Shown here one piece after another: positions 49,260 through 62,266 of a DNA stretch of 64,000 bases. The position numbers and the translations under genes were made by a program. Source of the DNA: Mobula hypostoma (taxonomy: Eukaryota); assembly GCF_963921235.1 (NCBI RefSeq), contig NC_086097.1, positions 106,828,001 to 106,892,000 of the forward strand, given 5' to 3'. The number at the start of each line of letters is the position of its first letter. The stretch's first letter is position 1. The notes below the pieces were generated by a model. The model was not told where the DNA came from and did no database searches. It saw only the letters and a program-made list of their open reading frames with translations.

Positions 49260-50060
49260 AGGGCGGAGCTTAGGATGATGGCACCTAACGGCGACTCTTT
49301 TTCTTGCATCTTAGGAAACAGTTCTATTTCTATCTTTGACATCTCTTTTTTTTCCCCCTTTTCAGGGCTCTTTTGAAGACCCTGACCCGGAATTACACTC
49401 CAACTTTGGTTCTTTGCGGAAATGGTACCCGCTCTCAGGGCCTCATGACCGGCTGCTTTTTGATATGCCAAGGACACGGCCTGAAAGACTAGCGCGCCTT
49501 CAGGGTGCCGGATTTTTGTGGCTCGGGAGGCAGGCAGATTTGAGGTCGGTGCCGCTGCCTGTTCTGTCATGGGAGTACACGGAAGATTGAAAGCAGCGAG
49601 CTGGCTGCTGGCTGTGTGCTTGGAAAAAACGACGCAACAGATTTTTAACACCATAAATCGGTGAGTTGTTTTGTTATGTCTCCCCTCTCGCTGTGAAACA
49701 TGGATATCTCTTTTTTCCCTTATTAGGGAGAGAGAGCCTGTGGTATGTTGAATTGCTGTGTGAACGAGTAGTTTTTGGGGTACTGCAAGTCTGTGTCTTT
49801 ATTGATGCTTGCTGCACGCTTGCTCGGTGGAGGGTACAGATGCTTTTTTTGCTGGTGGGGGAAGGAGACGGCCGTTGCTTTGCTGCTGCTTATACGTGGA
49901 AGGGTGGAGCTCAAAGGGGCTTTGGAGTTCTAACATTTAACTGTCATTCATTCTTTGGGGCACTCCTCTGTTTTCATGGATGTTTGGAAAGAAAAAGAAT
50001 TTCAGGATGTATATTGTAAACATTTCTCTGACACTAAATGTACCGATTGAAACCTATTTG
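49260..50060 (+). mobile_element. ~800-bp non-coding insertion, probably a non-autonomous retroposon
   Basis: Interrupts CR1 between aaatgtgttctgga and aaaattcccttaatcaa; GATGGCACC-type 5' end and ATTGAAACC-like repeated tail. Confidence 0.55.
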
Positions 50061-51307
50061 AAAATTCCCTTAATCAATAAAAAGATTGATTAGACCAGAA
50101 ACAATATGATACTAGATCTCCTCATAGGGAATAAGACATGGCAGGTGACAGATATGTGTGTAGGGGAACAATTTGGATCTAGTGATCATAATTCCATTAG
50201 TTTTAAGAAACTATGGAGAAGGAAAATCAAAGACCTCAGAGCAAGATTGCTGGACCAGAGGGACATCAGGGACTGTTGTATTTTTTGTTTCTCAGAGACT
50301 TGGATATCTCCACCATTTTGGAATCACCGGTACAGCTCACTGGCTTCACAATGCTCTGCTAAGATAGGTCTCTGAGGAGGTGGAGTATGCTTTATGATTA
50401 ACTCATCCTGGTGCACAAAGGTGGTGGTTCCATCCCAGTCCTGCTCACCTGACCTGGAACATCTCGCAATCAAGTGTCATCTATTTTATTTATGTGGGAG
50501 TTTTCACCCATCATCGTGATAGCGGTGTACATCCTGCCTCAGGCCCCTGTCACACAGACTATAGGCGAACTGAGCAACATAATCAACAGGCATGAAACAG
50601 CACATTCTGATGCCTTTTCCATCATTTTGGGGGATTTTAACCAGACCAGCTTCAAGAAGTCTCTAAATAATTATCACCAACATATCACTTGTGAAACTAG
50701 AGGAGGCAGCACACTGGACCACTATTATACTACCATCCAGAGTGCTGACAGTGCCATCCCACACCCATACTTTGTAAAGTCAGATCATCTGGCTGTACTT
50801 CTACTCCCTGAACATAGACAGAGACTGAAGATCGCAGCACCAGTAGAGAGGACCTTAAAAAGTATGGACAAGAAAGGCAGAGGAGTACTTACCGGTACTG
50901 CTTCTTCGAGACAGTGGCCTGGGCAGTATTCAGGGATTCATTTTCAAATCTAAATGAACACACTACAGTTGTCACTGACATCATTAAAACCCGTGTGGAT
51001 GTGTCTGTACTTACGTGAACATACTGTACATACCAGAATCCAAACCAGGAGATTCATAATCTGCTGAGGGCTGGATCTGTGGCATTCAAATCCTATGATC
51101 CAAGACTATACATGAAGGCCAGATACAACTTATGGAGGGCTATCTCAAGAGCAAAAAAAACCTCCGATGAGGCTAGAGACAGAATTGGATGCATGTCAGT
51201 TTTGGCAGGGTTTTCTAGACCATTACTTCCTGCAAGGTGAAACCTAACATCATGAATGGCTGTGATGCTTCACTCCCAGGTGAGCTCAACACCTTTTATG
51301 CACGCTT

Positions 51308-51745
51308 TAGAAACATAGAAAACGTACAGCGCAATACAGGCCCTTCGGCCCACGAAGTTGTGCCGAACATGTACCTATCCAAAAGACTCTTAAAAGACCC
51401 TATCATATCCACCTCCACCAGTGTTGCCAGCAGCCCATTCCACGCACTCACCACTCTCTGAGTAAAAAACTTACCCCTGACATCTCCTCTGTACCTACTC
51501 CCCAGCACCTTAAACCTGTGCCCTCTCGTGGCAGCCATTTCAGCCCTGGGAAAAAGCCTCTGACTATCCACACGATCAATGCCTCTCATCATCTTATACA
51601 CCTCTATCAGGTCACCTCTCATCCTCTGTCGATCCAAGGAAAAAACGCCGAGTTCATTCAACCTGTTTTCATAAGGCATGCTCCCCAATCCAGGCAACGT
51701 CCTTGTAAATCTCCTCTGCACCCTTTCTATGGTTTCCACATTCTT
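51308..51745 (-). mobile_element. CR1 (subfamily B) 3' fragment
   Basis: ORF 51296-51739 ERVQRRFTR...TRGH; (TTTCTATG) tail. Confidence 0.92.
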
Positions 51746-51759
51746 CTATGTTCTTGGCC

Positions 51760-52010
51760 ACTTAGAAGAAATCTTCACTGCTGTTTCCGTAACAACTTTA
51801 TTTTGACCAGTCAAGGTTGTTAGCCCTGAGCTGAACACCTGAAACTGGATGACCAGTGGACCAGTCTTGGTCTGGCCTCTACCCGTTAACTGGGGTGACC
51901 CTGCCAAGAGCCAAAACACAGAGTCCTGATTCTAGCAAACGTAGCCCTCTGGGTTTTTGAGGCGTTCAGACCACAAAATCCTACAACAAGGTTGTAGTCC
52001 TCTTGGAGGT
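51760..52010 (-). mobile_element. Probable RTE (Rex3/Expander-like) 5'-terminal fragment
   Basis: Minus strand ACCTTGT.GT...GGCAGGGTCACCC...GGCCAGAC.AAGA.TGGTCCAC resembles RTE 5' UTRs as I recall them. Confidence 0.5.
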
Positions 52011-52281
52011 TAGTAACAGAAACATCCCATCATATGATCACACTCCATCTGTACATGAATAGTACAGATTAAATCTTATGCAGTTTGTTTCCCTTATCAG
52101 GTTGCACTAATCATAAATGCAAGCACTTCCTAAAAAAAAAATTGGGGACAAATTTGTCTTTGGTTCCCAAGGATAAAAAGCTATGAGGAGCATTTGATGG
52201 TTCTGGATCAGTACTCGCTGGAGTTTAGAAGAACGAAGGATGATCTCATTGAAATCCATTGAATATTGAAAGGCCTTCTTG

Positions 52282-54083
52282 AAACCCCAAGGCCTTCTTC
52301 AATTATGTGAAGAAAAAAAGGATGACAGGAGTGAGGGTAGGACCAATTAGAGATAAAGGTGGGAAAATGTGCCTGGAGGCTGTGGAAGTGAACGAGGTCC
52401 TCAATGAATACTTCTCTTCGGTATTCACCAATGACAGGGAACTTGATGATGGTGAGGACAATATGAGTGAGGTTGATGTTCTGGAGCATGTTGATATTAA
52501 GGGAGAGGAGGTGTTGGAGTTGTTAAAAATACATTAGACAGATAAGTCCCTGGGGCCTGATGGAATATTCCCCAGGCTGCTCCACAAGGTGAGGGAAGAG
52601 ATTGCTGAGCCTCTGGCTAGGATCTTTATGTCCTCATTGTCCACGGGAATGGTACCGGAGGATTGGAGGGAGGCGAATGTTCTTCCTTGTTCAAAAAAGG
52701 TAGTAGGGATAGTCCGGGTAATTATAGACCAGTGAGCCTTACGTCTGTGGTGGGAAAGCTGTTGGAAAAGATTCTTAGAGATAGGATCTATAGGCATTTA
52801 GAGAATCATGGTCTGATCAGGGACAGTCAGCATGGCTTTGTGAAGGGCAGATCGTGTCTAACAAGCCTGATAGAGTTCTTTGAGGAGGTGACCAGGCATA
52901 TAGATGAGGGTAGTGCAGTGGATGTGATCTATATGGATTTTAGTAAGGCATTTGACAAGGTTCCACACGGTAGGCTTATTCAGAAAGTTAGAAGGCATGG
53001 GATCCAGGGAAGTTTGGCCTGGTGGATTCAGAATTGGCTTGCCTGCAGAAAGCAGAGGGTGGTGGTGGAGGGAGTACATTCAGATTGGAGGATTGTGACT
53101 AGTGGTGTCCCACAAGGATCGGTTCTGGGACCTCTACTTTTCGTGATTTTTATTAACGACCTGGATGTGGGGGTAGAAGGGTGGGTTGGCAAGTTTGCAG
53201 ACGACACAAAGGTTGGTGGTGTTGTAGATAGTGTAGAGGATTGTCAAAGATTGCAGAGAGATATTGATAGGATGCAGAAGTGGGCTGAGAAGTGACAGAT
53301 GGAGTTCAACCCGGAGAAGTGTGAGGTCGTACACTTTGGAAGGACAAACTCCAAGGCAGAGTACAAAGTAAATGGCAGGATACTTGGTAGTGTGGAGGAG
53401 CAGAGGGATCTCGGGGTACACGTCCACAAATCCCTGAAAGTTGCCTCACAGGTGGATAGGGTAGTTAAGAAAGCTTATGAGGTGTTAGCTTTCATAAGTC
53501 GAGGGATAGAGTTTAAGAGTTGCAATGTAATGATGCAGCTCTATAAAACTCTGGTTAGGCCACACTTGGAGTATTGTGTCCAGTTCTGGTCACCTCACTA
53601 TAGGAAGGATGTGGAAGCATTGGAAAGGGTACAGAGGAGATTTACCAGGATGCTGCCTGGTTTAGAAAGTATGCATTATGATCAGAGATTAAGGGAGCTA
53701 GGGCTTTACTCTTTGGAGAGAAGGAGGATGAGAGGAGACATGATAGAGGTGTACAAGATAATAAGAGGAATAGATAGAGTGGATAGCCAGCGCCTCTTCC
53801 CCAGGGCACCACTGCTCAATACAAGAGGACATGGCTTTAAGGTAAGGGGTGGGAAGTTCAAGGGGGAAATTAGAGGAAGGTTTTTTTACTCAGAGAGTGG
53901 TTGGTGCGTGGAATGCACTGCCTGAGTCAGTGGTGGAGGCAGATACACTAGTGAAGTTTAAGAGACCACTAGACAGGTATATGGAGGAATCTAAGGTGGG
54001 GGCTTATATGGGAGGCAGGGTTTGAGGGTCGGCACAACATTGTGGGCCGAAGGGCTGTAGTGTGCTGTACTATTCTATGTTCT
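52282..54083 (+). mobile_element. Young CR1 (subfamily A) inserted into an older CR1 fragment (52165-52280 / 54084-54200)
   Basis: RT ORFs 52307-53925; TTCTATGTTCT tail; the host CR1 reads through ILKGL|NRVDVERIF. Confidence 0.95.
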
Positions 54084-54409
54084 AAATAGAGTGGATGTGG
54101 AGAGGATATTTTTAAAAGTTGGAAGTCTAGGACCAGAGTGCACATCCTCAGAACAGAGGGATGTCCCTTTAGAATAGAGCTGAAGAGGAATTTTTTTTAA
54201 ATCTTTGAAAGGGAGTATCAAGTTACAGCTATGAGGATCCTTGCAGCATCTGGTGACCTTGAGATCTCTGTCTTGGAGACTGTCTTTCAAGGGGGTAAAC
54301 CCTCACAAGGCGAAAGGCTTTGATGATTTTCCTATAGGGCTCTGAAAACCAGTGCCAACCAACTGACAGTTATGTTCAAAGATATTTTCAATCTTCTCTA
54401 AATGTTTGC

Positions 54410-55130
54410 ACTCCACTTGTTTCCTTTATATCTCTTTAGCGTCCAAAATTTCTTCCTCATTAAACACTGAGGAGAGGTATTCCCAATCATCTCCTGTGCT
54501 TCAGACTCAGGCAATCCTAGCCACCGTTTTACTCAAAATAGCTATAGAACCTCTTGGAATTTTCCTTAACCTTAATTGCCAGATCCATCTCACACCCTCT
54601 CTTTGCCCTCCTGATTTCTCTCTTAAAATGTATTATTCATCTTTTTAAAGTCATCAATGTATGCTTGCTTGCTTTTCTTGATCAGGCTCAGTATCACTCA
54701 TCCACCAAGGTTTCTAACCTGCTGGCTTTACCCATCATTCTAACAGGTACATACAGCTCCCTGACACTTGCTGTCACACTTTTGATACCCTTCTACTTGC
54801 CATCCATTCTTTTCCCTTCTGCAGGCTCACCTAATCAACCTCAGCTAGAACCTGCCTCATTCCTCAAAAATTAGCCCTGCTCCACAGTAGGACCCTAATC
54901 TATTTACCTGACCTATCCTTTTCCATCACTATAAAACTATTAGAATTATGTTCACTGGAGAAGAAGTGCTCCCTGACTGCCACTTCTGTTACTTGCCTTG
55001 CCTCATTCTCGTGCTCCAGTATTGTATCCTCCTAAGTACAGTCCCTCATGTATTGACTCAGGAAACTTTTCTAGACACATTTCATAAACTTCCACCCTTT
55101 AACATTCTACATGGCCACATCAATACCCCG
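54410..55130 (-). mobile_element. Very old CR1 ORF2 N-terminal remnant
   Basis: Decayed segments resemble CR1 QESFLSQY, SEHN and IKENPK regions. Confidence 0.55.
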
Positions 55131-56919
55131 AGGATCAAATTCTCTTGCAAATTAATTTCACTGACATAATAATACATTTGCACATGCTTTAAAATTCTTC
55201 ACAACAAATTCACAAGGTAGGGTCATAAATATAAAAGTAAATAACAAATCACAAAGTAATTGTGTAAAATTTCTTTTTCTGGTGGGTTCAGGAAAACAGG
55301 AAATAGATAGTAAACAATGAAAGAAAAAGTGTAGGAAATTCAACTCAGCCATGTTTCAGCAATCAAGACAATTGTGGCTGGTTGGAGTGGGAACAAACCA
55401 ACCAGCTTTATTTTTAGTACTTAATATGCTGCTTTCAAGTGCTTTATAAGTAATAGTTCTGAAGTATTGCTATAATGTTAGAATTGTAGCAACTAAAATT
55501 GTCCACCAGAAACTCCCAGAAACAGCAATGTGATAATGATCAGAAAATCATTTTTATTAATTTGACAGAAAGATGAAATTGTCGAAGAGATCTAGGAATC
55601 CAGGATTTCAACCTCAATCTTCTTCCAAAAAGTACCTGTGGATCTTTTCCAACCATCTGAAAGAGCACAACATCTCATCTAAAAGATGGAACTTACACCT
55701 CTGGGGGTAATTGAAGCAAAAAGCAAAATATATTTAAGGGAATGCTGATAAAGAACATGCAAGAGTAAATAACATAATAACATGATAGATTAAGTGCAAG
55801 ACAGCTCATACAGAGAAGAAATGAGTATAACACAATTAAATGGAATGGCTTGTTTGTTTCATAATTCTGCATATACACTATCTCCCGACTTTAGCTGTAT
55901 AATACTTCCCTACTATTCAGTAGCCCCTACACTTTCATCAACATTCATATTTTGAGAAAATTAGAAAATAGACAACATTTATAAGGTAATGCAAAACAAT
56001 GCATTTATTTTTGCCAGATCAGAAATACAGAAATTGTGTTGTTTGTGATGTTTTTCTCCATTGAATCCCTCTGAAATGCATTGGCTCACATTGGAATATG
56101 GTTGCATTGGGTCAGCTACTTCCAATTTTTTGAGTGATTATTTTCTACAAATGAACCCATAGTGGCAGGAAGCAGATCTTGTTTTTACTTTTTGGACATA
56201 AATAATTATTTGGACAGAATATAGAAGGAAGTGAAGCAAAAAGGATAAAAGGATTGTTACTATAAGAGAATGCTAAGTTTAGATTAACTGATGGAACATC
56301 AAGCATTCATTGTTATGAGTGTGTAATCCTCTTCCTCCAATTTTCCCTTTGGATTTAAACCAACGGAATATTAATAGGACAACAAGATAAGTTCACGCAG
56401 ATCCAGTCTATTTCCCATTCCTAATCGATTCAGTTTCATTTCACTTTGCTCGTCTTAAATTCAGTGCAAAGAAAATACAGTTGAAACAAATTGATCTTGC
56501 AAAGCTTGTCATGAATGTTAATGGCACAGACAAAAGCAGTCATTATTAGAGAGACAACAAAGAAGGCTATAGAATGGAATTTAAAATTTAAGTACTACTT
56601 CATTAAATATTATCACATTGTATCTGACCTTATGTTCAGATAAATGTCCTTAGCTATCATTTGATGTCTAAGTTTTTCTCAGTAACTGATGCTGCTCACT
56701 AGTCCAATGGTCTAAGTTTGTAATTTAATTTTGAATTAATTTTTCCCTTACCTTTTCTTACCTAGAGGATGAAATCAAATCAAGGCTAGATGGTACACAA
56801 TATGACAGTAAAATAGAGACACAAAAGACTGATGGAGAAACTGAGAAAAGGGGATGAAACCCTTACAAGAGACTGGATGGGAAGAGGTAGAGTCAGGATT
56901 GGTATGGCAGTCAGTGGAT

Positions 56920-59900
56920 TTAGAAACATAGAAAACCAACAGCACAATATAGGCCCTTCGGCCCTTGAAGCTGTGCCAAACATGTCCCTACCTTAGAAAT
57001 TACTAGGCTTACACATAGCCCTCTATTTTTCTAAGCTCCATGTACCTAGAAACCATAGAAACTACAGCACAGAAACAGGCCTTTTGGCGCTTCTTGGCTG
57101 TGCCGAAGCGTTTTCTGCCTAGTCCCACTGACCTGCACACGGACAATATCCCTCCATACACCTCCCATCCATGTATCTGTCCACTTTATTCTTAAATGTT
57201 AAAAAAAAACCCGCATTTACCACCTCGTCTGGCAGCTCATTCCACACTCCCACCACTCTCTGTGTGAAGAAGCCCCCCCCAATGTTCCCTTTAAACTTTT
57301 CCCCCCTCACCCTTAACCCATGTCCTCTGGTTTTTTTCTCCCCTTGCCTCAGTGCTTGCATTCACTCTATCTATACCCATCATAATTTTATATACCTCTA
57401 TCAAATCTCCTCTCATTCTTCCACACTCCAGGGAATAAAGTCCCAACCTATTCAACCTTTCTCTGTAACTGAGTTTCTCAAATCCCAGCAACATCCTTGT
57501 AAACCTTCTCTGCACTCTTTCAACCTTATTTTTATTCTTCCTGTAATTTGGTGACCAAAACTGAACACAACACTCCAGATTCGACCTCACCAATGCCTTA
57601 TACAACCTCATCATAACATTCCAGCTCTTATACTCAATACTTTGATTAATAAAGGCCAATGTACCAAAAGCTCTCTTTACGACCCTATCTACCTGCGACG
57701 TCACTTTTAGCGAATTTAGTATCTGTATTCCCAGATTCCTCTGTTCTACTGCACTCCTCAGTGCCTTACCATTTACCCTGTATGTTCTACCTTGGTTTGT
57801 CCTTCCAAAGTGCAATACCTCACACTTGTCTGTATTAAACTCCATCTGCCATTTTTCAGCCCATTTTTTCAGCTGGTCCAAGTCCCTCTGCAAGCTTTGA
57901 AAACCTTCCTCACTGTCCACTACACCTCCAATCTTGGTATCGTCAGAAAATTTGCTGATCCAATTTACCACATTATCATCCAGATCATTGATATAGATGA
58001 CAAATAACAATGGACCTAGCACTGATCCCTGTGGCACACCACTAGTCACAGGTCTCCACTCTGAGAAGCAATTCTTTACTACCACTCTCCGGCTTCTTCC
58101 ACTGAGCAAATGTCTAATCGAATTTACCACCTCTCCATGTATACCTAGCGACTGAATTTTCCTAACTAACCTCCCATGCGGGACCTTGTCAAAGGCCTTA
58201 CTGAAGTCCATGTAGACAATATCCACTGCCTTCCCTTCATCCACTTACCTGGTAACCTCCTCGAAAAACTCCAACAGATTGGTCAAACATGACCTACTAT
58301 GCACAAAGCCATGTTGACTCTCCCTAATAAGTCCCTGTCTGTCCAAATGCTTGTAGATTCTGTCTCTTAGTACTCCCTCCAATAACTTACCCACTACCGA
58401 CGTCAAACTTACTGGCCTATAATTTCCCTCATTACTTTTCGATCCTTTTTTAAACAACGGAACAACATGAGCCAACCTCCAATCCTCTGGCACCTCACCC
58501 GTAGACAGCGACATTTTAAATATTTCTGCCAGGGCCCCTGCAATTTCAACACTAGTCTCCTTCAAGGTCCGAGGGAATACCCTGTCAGGTCCTGGGGATT
58601 TATCCACTTTAATTTGCCTCATGATAGCAAGCACCTCCTCCTTTTCAATCTGTACAGTTTCATGATCTCACTACTTGTTTCCTTTAATTCCATAGACTTC
58701 ATGCCAATTTCCTTAGTAAATACAGACACAAAAAACCCATTTAAGATCTCCCCCATTTCTTTTGGTTCCACACTTAGCCGACCACTCTTGATCTTCAAGA
58801 GGACCAATTTTATCCCTTACAATCCTTTTGCTCTTAATATACCTGTAAAAGCTCTTTGGATTATCCTTCACTTTGACTGCCAAGGCAACTTCATGTCTTC
58901 TTTTAGCCCTCCTGATTTCCTTCTTAAGTATTTTCTTGCACTTTTTATACTCCTCAAGCACCTTATTTACTCCCTGTTTCCTATACATGTCATACAGCTC
59001 TCTCTTCTTCTTTATCAGAGTTGCAATATCCCTTGAGAACCAAGGTTCCTTATTCCTATTAACTTTGCCTTTTATCCTGACAGCAACATACAAGCTCTGC
59101 ACTCTCAAAATTTCTCCTTTGAAGGCTTCCAACTTATCGAACACATCCTTGCCAGAGAACAACTTGTCCCAATCCATGCTTTTTAGATCCTTTCTCATTT
59201 CTTCAAATTCCGCCTTCTTCCAGTTAAGAACCTCAACCCTAGGACCAGACCTATCCTTGTTCATGATCAAGTTGAAACTAATGGTGTTATGATCACTGAA
59301 ACCAAAGTGCTCCCCTACACACACTTACGTCACTTGTCCTAACTCGTTTCCTAACAGGAGATCCAATATTGCATCCCCTCTAGTTGGTACCTCTATATAT
59401 TGATTTAGAAAACTTTCCCGAACACATTTTACAAACTTTAAACCATCTAGACCCATAACAGTATGGGAGTCCCAATCAATATGCAGAAAATTAAAATCCC
59501 CTACCACCACAACTTTACGTTTCCTGCAGTTGCCTGCTATCTCTCTGCAGATTTGCTCCTCCAATTCTCGCTGACTACTGGGTGGTCTATAATACAACCC
59601 CACTAATGTGGCCATACCTTTCCTGTTTCTCAGCTCCACCCATAAGGATTTAGTAGACAAGCTCTCTAATCTGCCCTTCCTGAGCACTGCTGTAACATTT
59701 TCCCTGACAAGCGATGCTACCCCCCGCCCCCCCCCACCTTTCATTCCTCTGCCTCTATCACATCTGAAACATCGGAACCCTGGAATATTAAGCTGCCAGT
59801 CCTGCCCCTCCTGTAGCCAAGTTTCACTAATTGCTATAACATTATAATTCCACGTGTCAATCCATGCCCTTAACGCCCTGCCTTCCCCGTAATACTCCTA

Positions 59901-60895
59901 GCACTGAACTATATACACCTCAGAAGGATTTTACCACCACTCACAACCTTTCTATTTGTGGCTTTGCTTGAATTTTTAACATCATTTATTTTCACCCCAG
60001 CCACACTGTCAGCTCTGGCACTCTGGTTCCCATCCCCCTGCAAATCTAGTTTAAAGCCTCCCCAACAGCACTAACAAACCTCCCTGAAAGGATATTGGTC
60101 CCCTTGTAGTTCAAGTGTAACCCGTCTCTCTTGTACAGGTCCCACCTGCCCCAGAAGAGGTCCCAATGATTCTGAAATCTGAAACCCTGCCCCCTACACC
60201 AGTTCCTCAGCCACTTGCTCATCCTCCAGAGCATCCTATTCCTACCCTCACTGGCACGTAGCACAGGTAGCAACTCTCGAGGTCCTACCTTTCAACTTCC
60301 TACCAAGCTCTCTATACACACTCTCCAGGACCTCTTCACTCTTCCTTGCTATGTCATTGGTACTGATGGGCACCATGACATCTGGCCGACCACCCTCCCA
60401 CTTCAGAATGTCATGCAAGCGATCAGAGACATCCCTGACCCTGGCACCCAGGAGGCAACAAACCTATCCAAAAGTCCCTTAAAAGACCCTATCGTATCCG
60501 CCTCCACCACCGTTGCCGGCAGCCTATTCCACGCACTCACCACTCTGAGTAAAAAACTTACCCCTGACATCTCCTCTGTACCTACTCCCCAGCACCTTAA
60601 ACCTGTGTTCTCTTCTGGCAACCATTTCAGCCCTGGGAAAAAGCCTCTGACTATCCACACAGTCAATGTCTCTCAACATCTTATACACCTCTATCAGCTC
60701 AGCTCTCATCCTCCATCACTCCAAGGTGAAAAGGATGAGTTCACTCAACCAGTTTTCATAAGACATGCCCCCCAATCCATGCAACATCCTTGTAAATCTC
60801 CTCTGCACCCTTTCTATGGCTTCCACATCCTTCCCGTAGTGAGGCGACCAGAACTGAGCACAGTACTCCAAGTGGGGTCTGAGCAGGGTCCTATA
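56920..60895 (-). mobile_element. CR1 (subfamily B) 3' fragment split by a second CR1
   Basis: 56920-57048 rejoins 60462-60895 (catgtACCTA | ACCTAtccaa). Confidence 0.9.
57047..60461 (-). mobile_element. Near full-length CR1 (subfamily C): esterase ORF1 C-terminus plus disrupted ORF2
   Basis: DGLHLNYKGTNIL (60046-60273), YYRPP/GDFN/SDH and RT ORFs 58245-58634 and 57291-58244; (TTTCTATGG) tail; 5-bp repeat ACCTA at both ends. Confidence 0.95.
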
Positions 60896-61239
60896 ATATA
60901 CATGGTACAGTAAAACTGTTATTTCAGTCTGTTCAGAGTTTTGGTTGTGCTGGACTAATGGATTTTCCAGACTACTGGATATAATTTATTACTACTCCAA
61001 CACACTTTTAATTCACTATTTTTAAAGATGTTACACAGTCATATTATAGTGAGCCTAGCAAGTATCAAGTCCATTGATCTACATTTATAATTTTATTTTG
61101 TATTCATCCCCTTGCATGGGAATCTGAACCCCAATCAGATTCCACAGAACCAGTGACAGGACAGCCACACAGGATTCAGGACCCCAGTGAATAGAGAATA
61201 CAAACATCATCTGGTGAGCCAAATGCTAAACCATCAGGA

Positions 61240-62266
61240 TATCATATGGGGGGCGCTGGTAGCAGACCCAAATGCAAGACACAGACACTGAAGTACTAGG
61301 AACAGGACTCAACTAGAGAGCTGGAACAAAAACTCAGACTTGGGCTAGGACATTGGCTAGGCAAGCAGGACCAGGACAAGGAACTGAGAACTGGGAGCCT
61401 GGGCTTGGACTCCGAGCCGGAGACTGGATAAGGACCCAGAACCTGGGTCTTGACTCGGGCTTGGACCCTGGAACTAGGCGAGGACATGACGTGGCTACAG
61501 GATGAGGAGTGGCAACAGGACTGGCCGTGAGACTCTTGGTCAGGACGAGGGAACCCCAGCACCAAGCTGGGCAAGGCACATGGACAGGACGAGAACACGA
61601 AGCCTTGACTTGGTCGAGGGAGACAGGAACGCAGAGCCTTGGTCGAGGGAGACAGGAACGCAGAACACAGAGCCTTGGTAATCTTGGGAGACAGGAACGC
61701 AGAACACAGAGCCTTGGTAATCTTGGGAGACAGGAACAAGGTAGCGGCAAACAGCCGGACCTACCTAGCAAAGGCGAGGACACAAAGAGACAGTTCCAAG
61801 CAATGAAAGGTAGTTTCTTATCTAGACACAGCAAGGCTCCAGTCTTGCTCCAGCAGCAGAACTTGACGGCAATAATAGGCGAGGATGCCGGCGAGGCTTC
61901 AGGCAAAAGGTAGCAGGCAAGGCATCAGGCGAAAGGTAGCAGAAGGAAAGGGAAGAGGAGGGAATAGTCCAGCCTCAGGGTAATGGCAAAGGTAGCCTGG
62001 CTTACCCAACAGAGGCAAGGACAGGAAGGGACAGATCCAACCGCAGGGTAACAGCAAAGCCAGCCTGACTTACCCCACAGAGGCGAGGACGGGATACTGA
62101 CGAGATGAACCAGCAACCACACTCAAACCCAGGGCCACCTATATTCCCAGCCCCAAGACGAGCATCAGGTGCCTATGATTAAGCCCAACTGAAACAAGGG
62201 ACAGCCGGAAGACCCGGAGTCCAAAGTCCACGGACCGGACCAGACTTCATGGACCGGACCATGACA
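61240..62266 (-). mobile_element. Solo LTR (~1 kb, Gypsy-type)
   Basis: Termini TATCAT (decayed TGTCAT)...ATGACA; perfect 5-bp TSD CAGGA at 61235-61239 and 62267-62271; internal tandem repeats; TATA-like GAATATAGG near 62140 on the minus strand. Confidence 0.85.
61590..61740. repeat. Minisatellite inside the solo LTR (29-39 nt units)
   Basis: GGGAGACAGGAACGCAGAACACAGAGCCTTGGTAATCTT occurs twice, with shorter variants. Confidence 0.9.

Larger units (their letters stand above)
47245..50210 (+). mobile_element. Old CR1 (ORF1 end plus endonuclease) split by two insertions
   Basis: W.GTNIL..FA, CIYFNARSIIG | WNYDIVTISETWL, ILDLLIGN...SSDHNSISF. Confidence 0.8.
50210..54400 (+). mobile_element. 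Rex1/Babar-type LINE (APE domain and start of RT), split by 2.9 kb of nested insertions
   Basis: CFSETW, AVYI.PQA, GDFNQ, TRGGSTLDH, KSDHLAV and ELNTFYARF (to ~51308); resumes at ~54204 with VNPHKA.G and ANQL...FKDIFNL. Confidence 0.85.

Noticed and set aside
60215..60913. 232-aa plus-strand ORF
   Set aside because: Antisense shadow spanning the junction of two minus-strand CR1 elements.
61296..61913. Repeat-rich ORFs and a CRISPR-like periodic pattern
   Set aside because: Tandem minisatellite within a solo LTR, with no unique spacers and no cas genes, in eukaryotic DNA.
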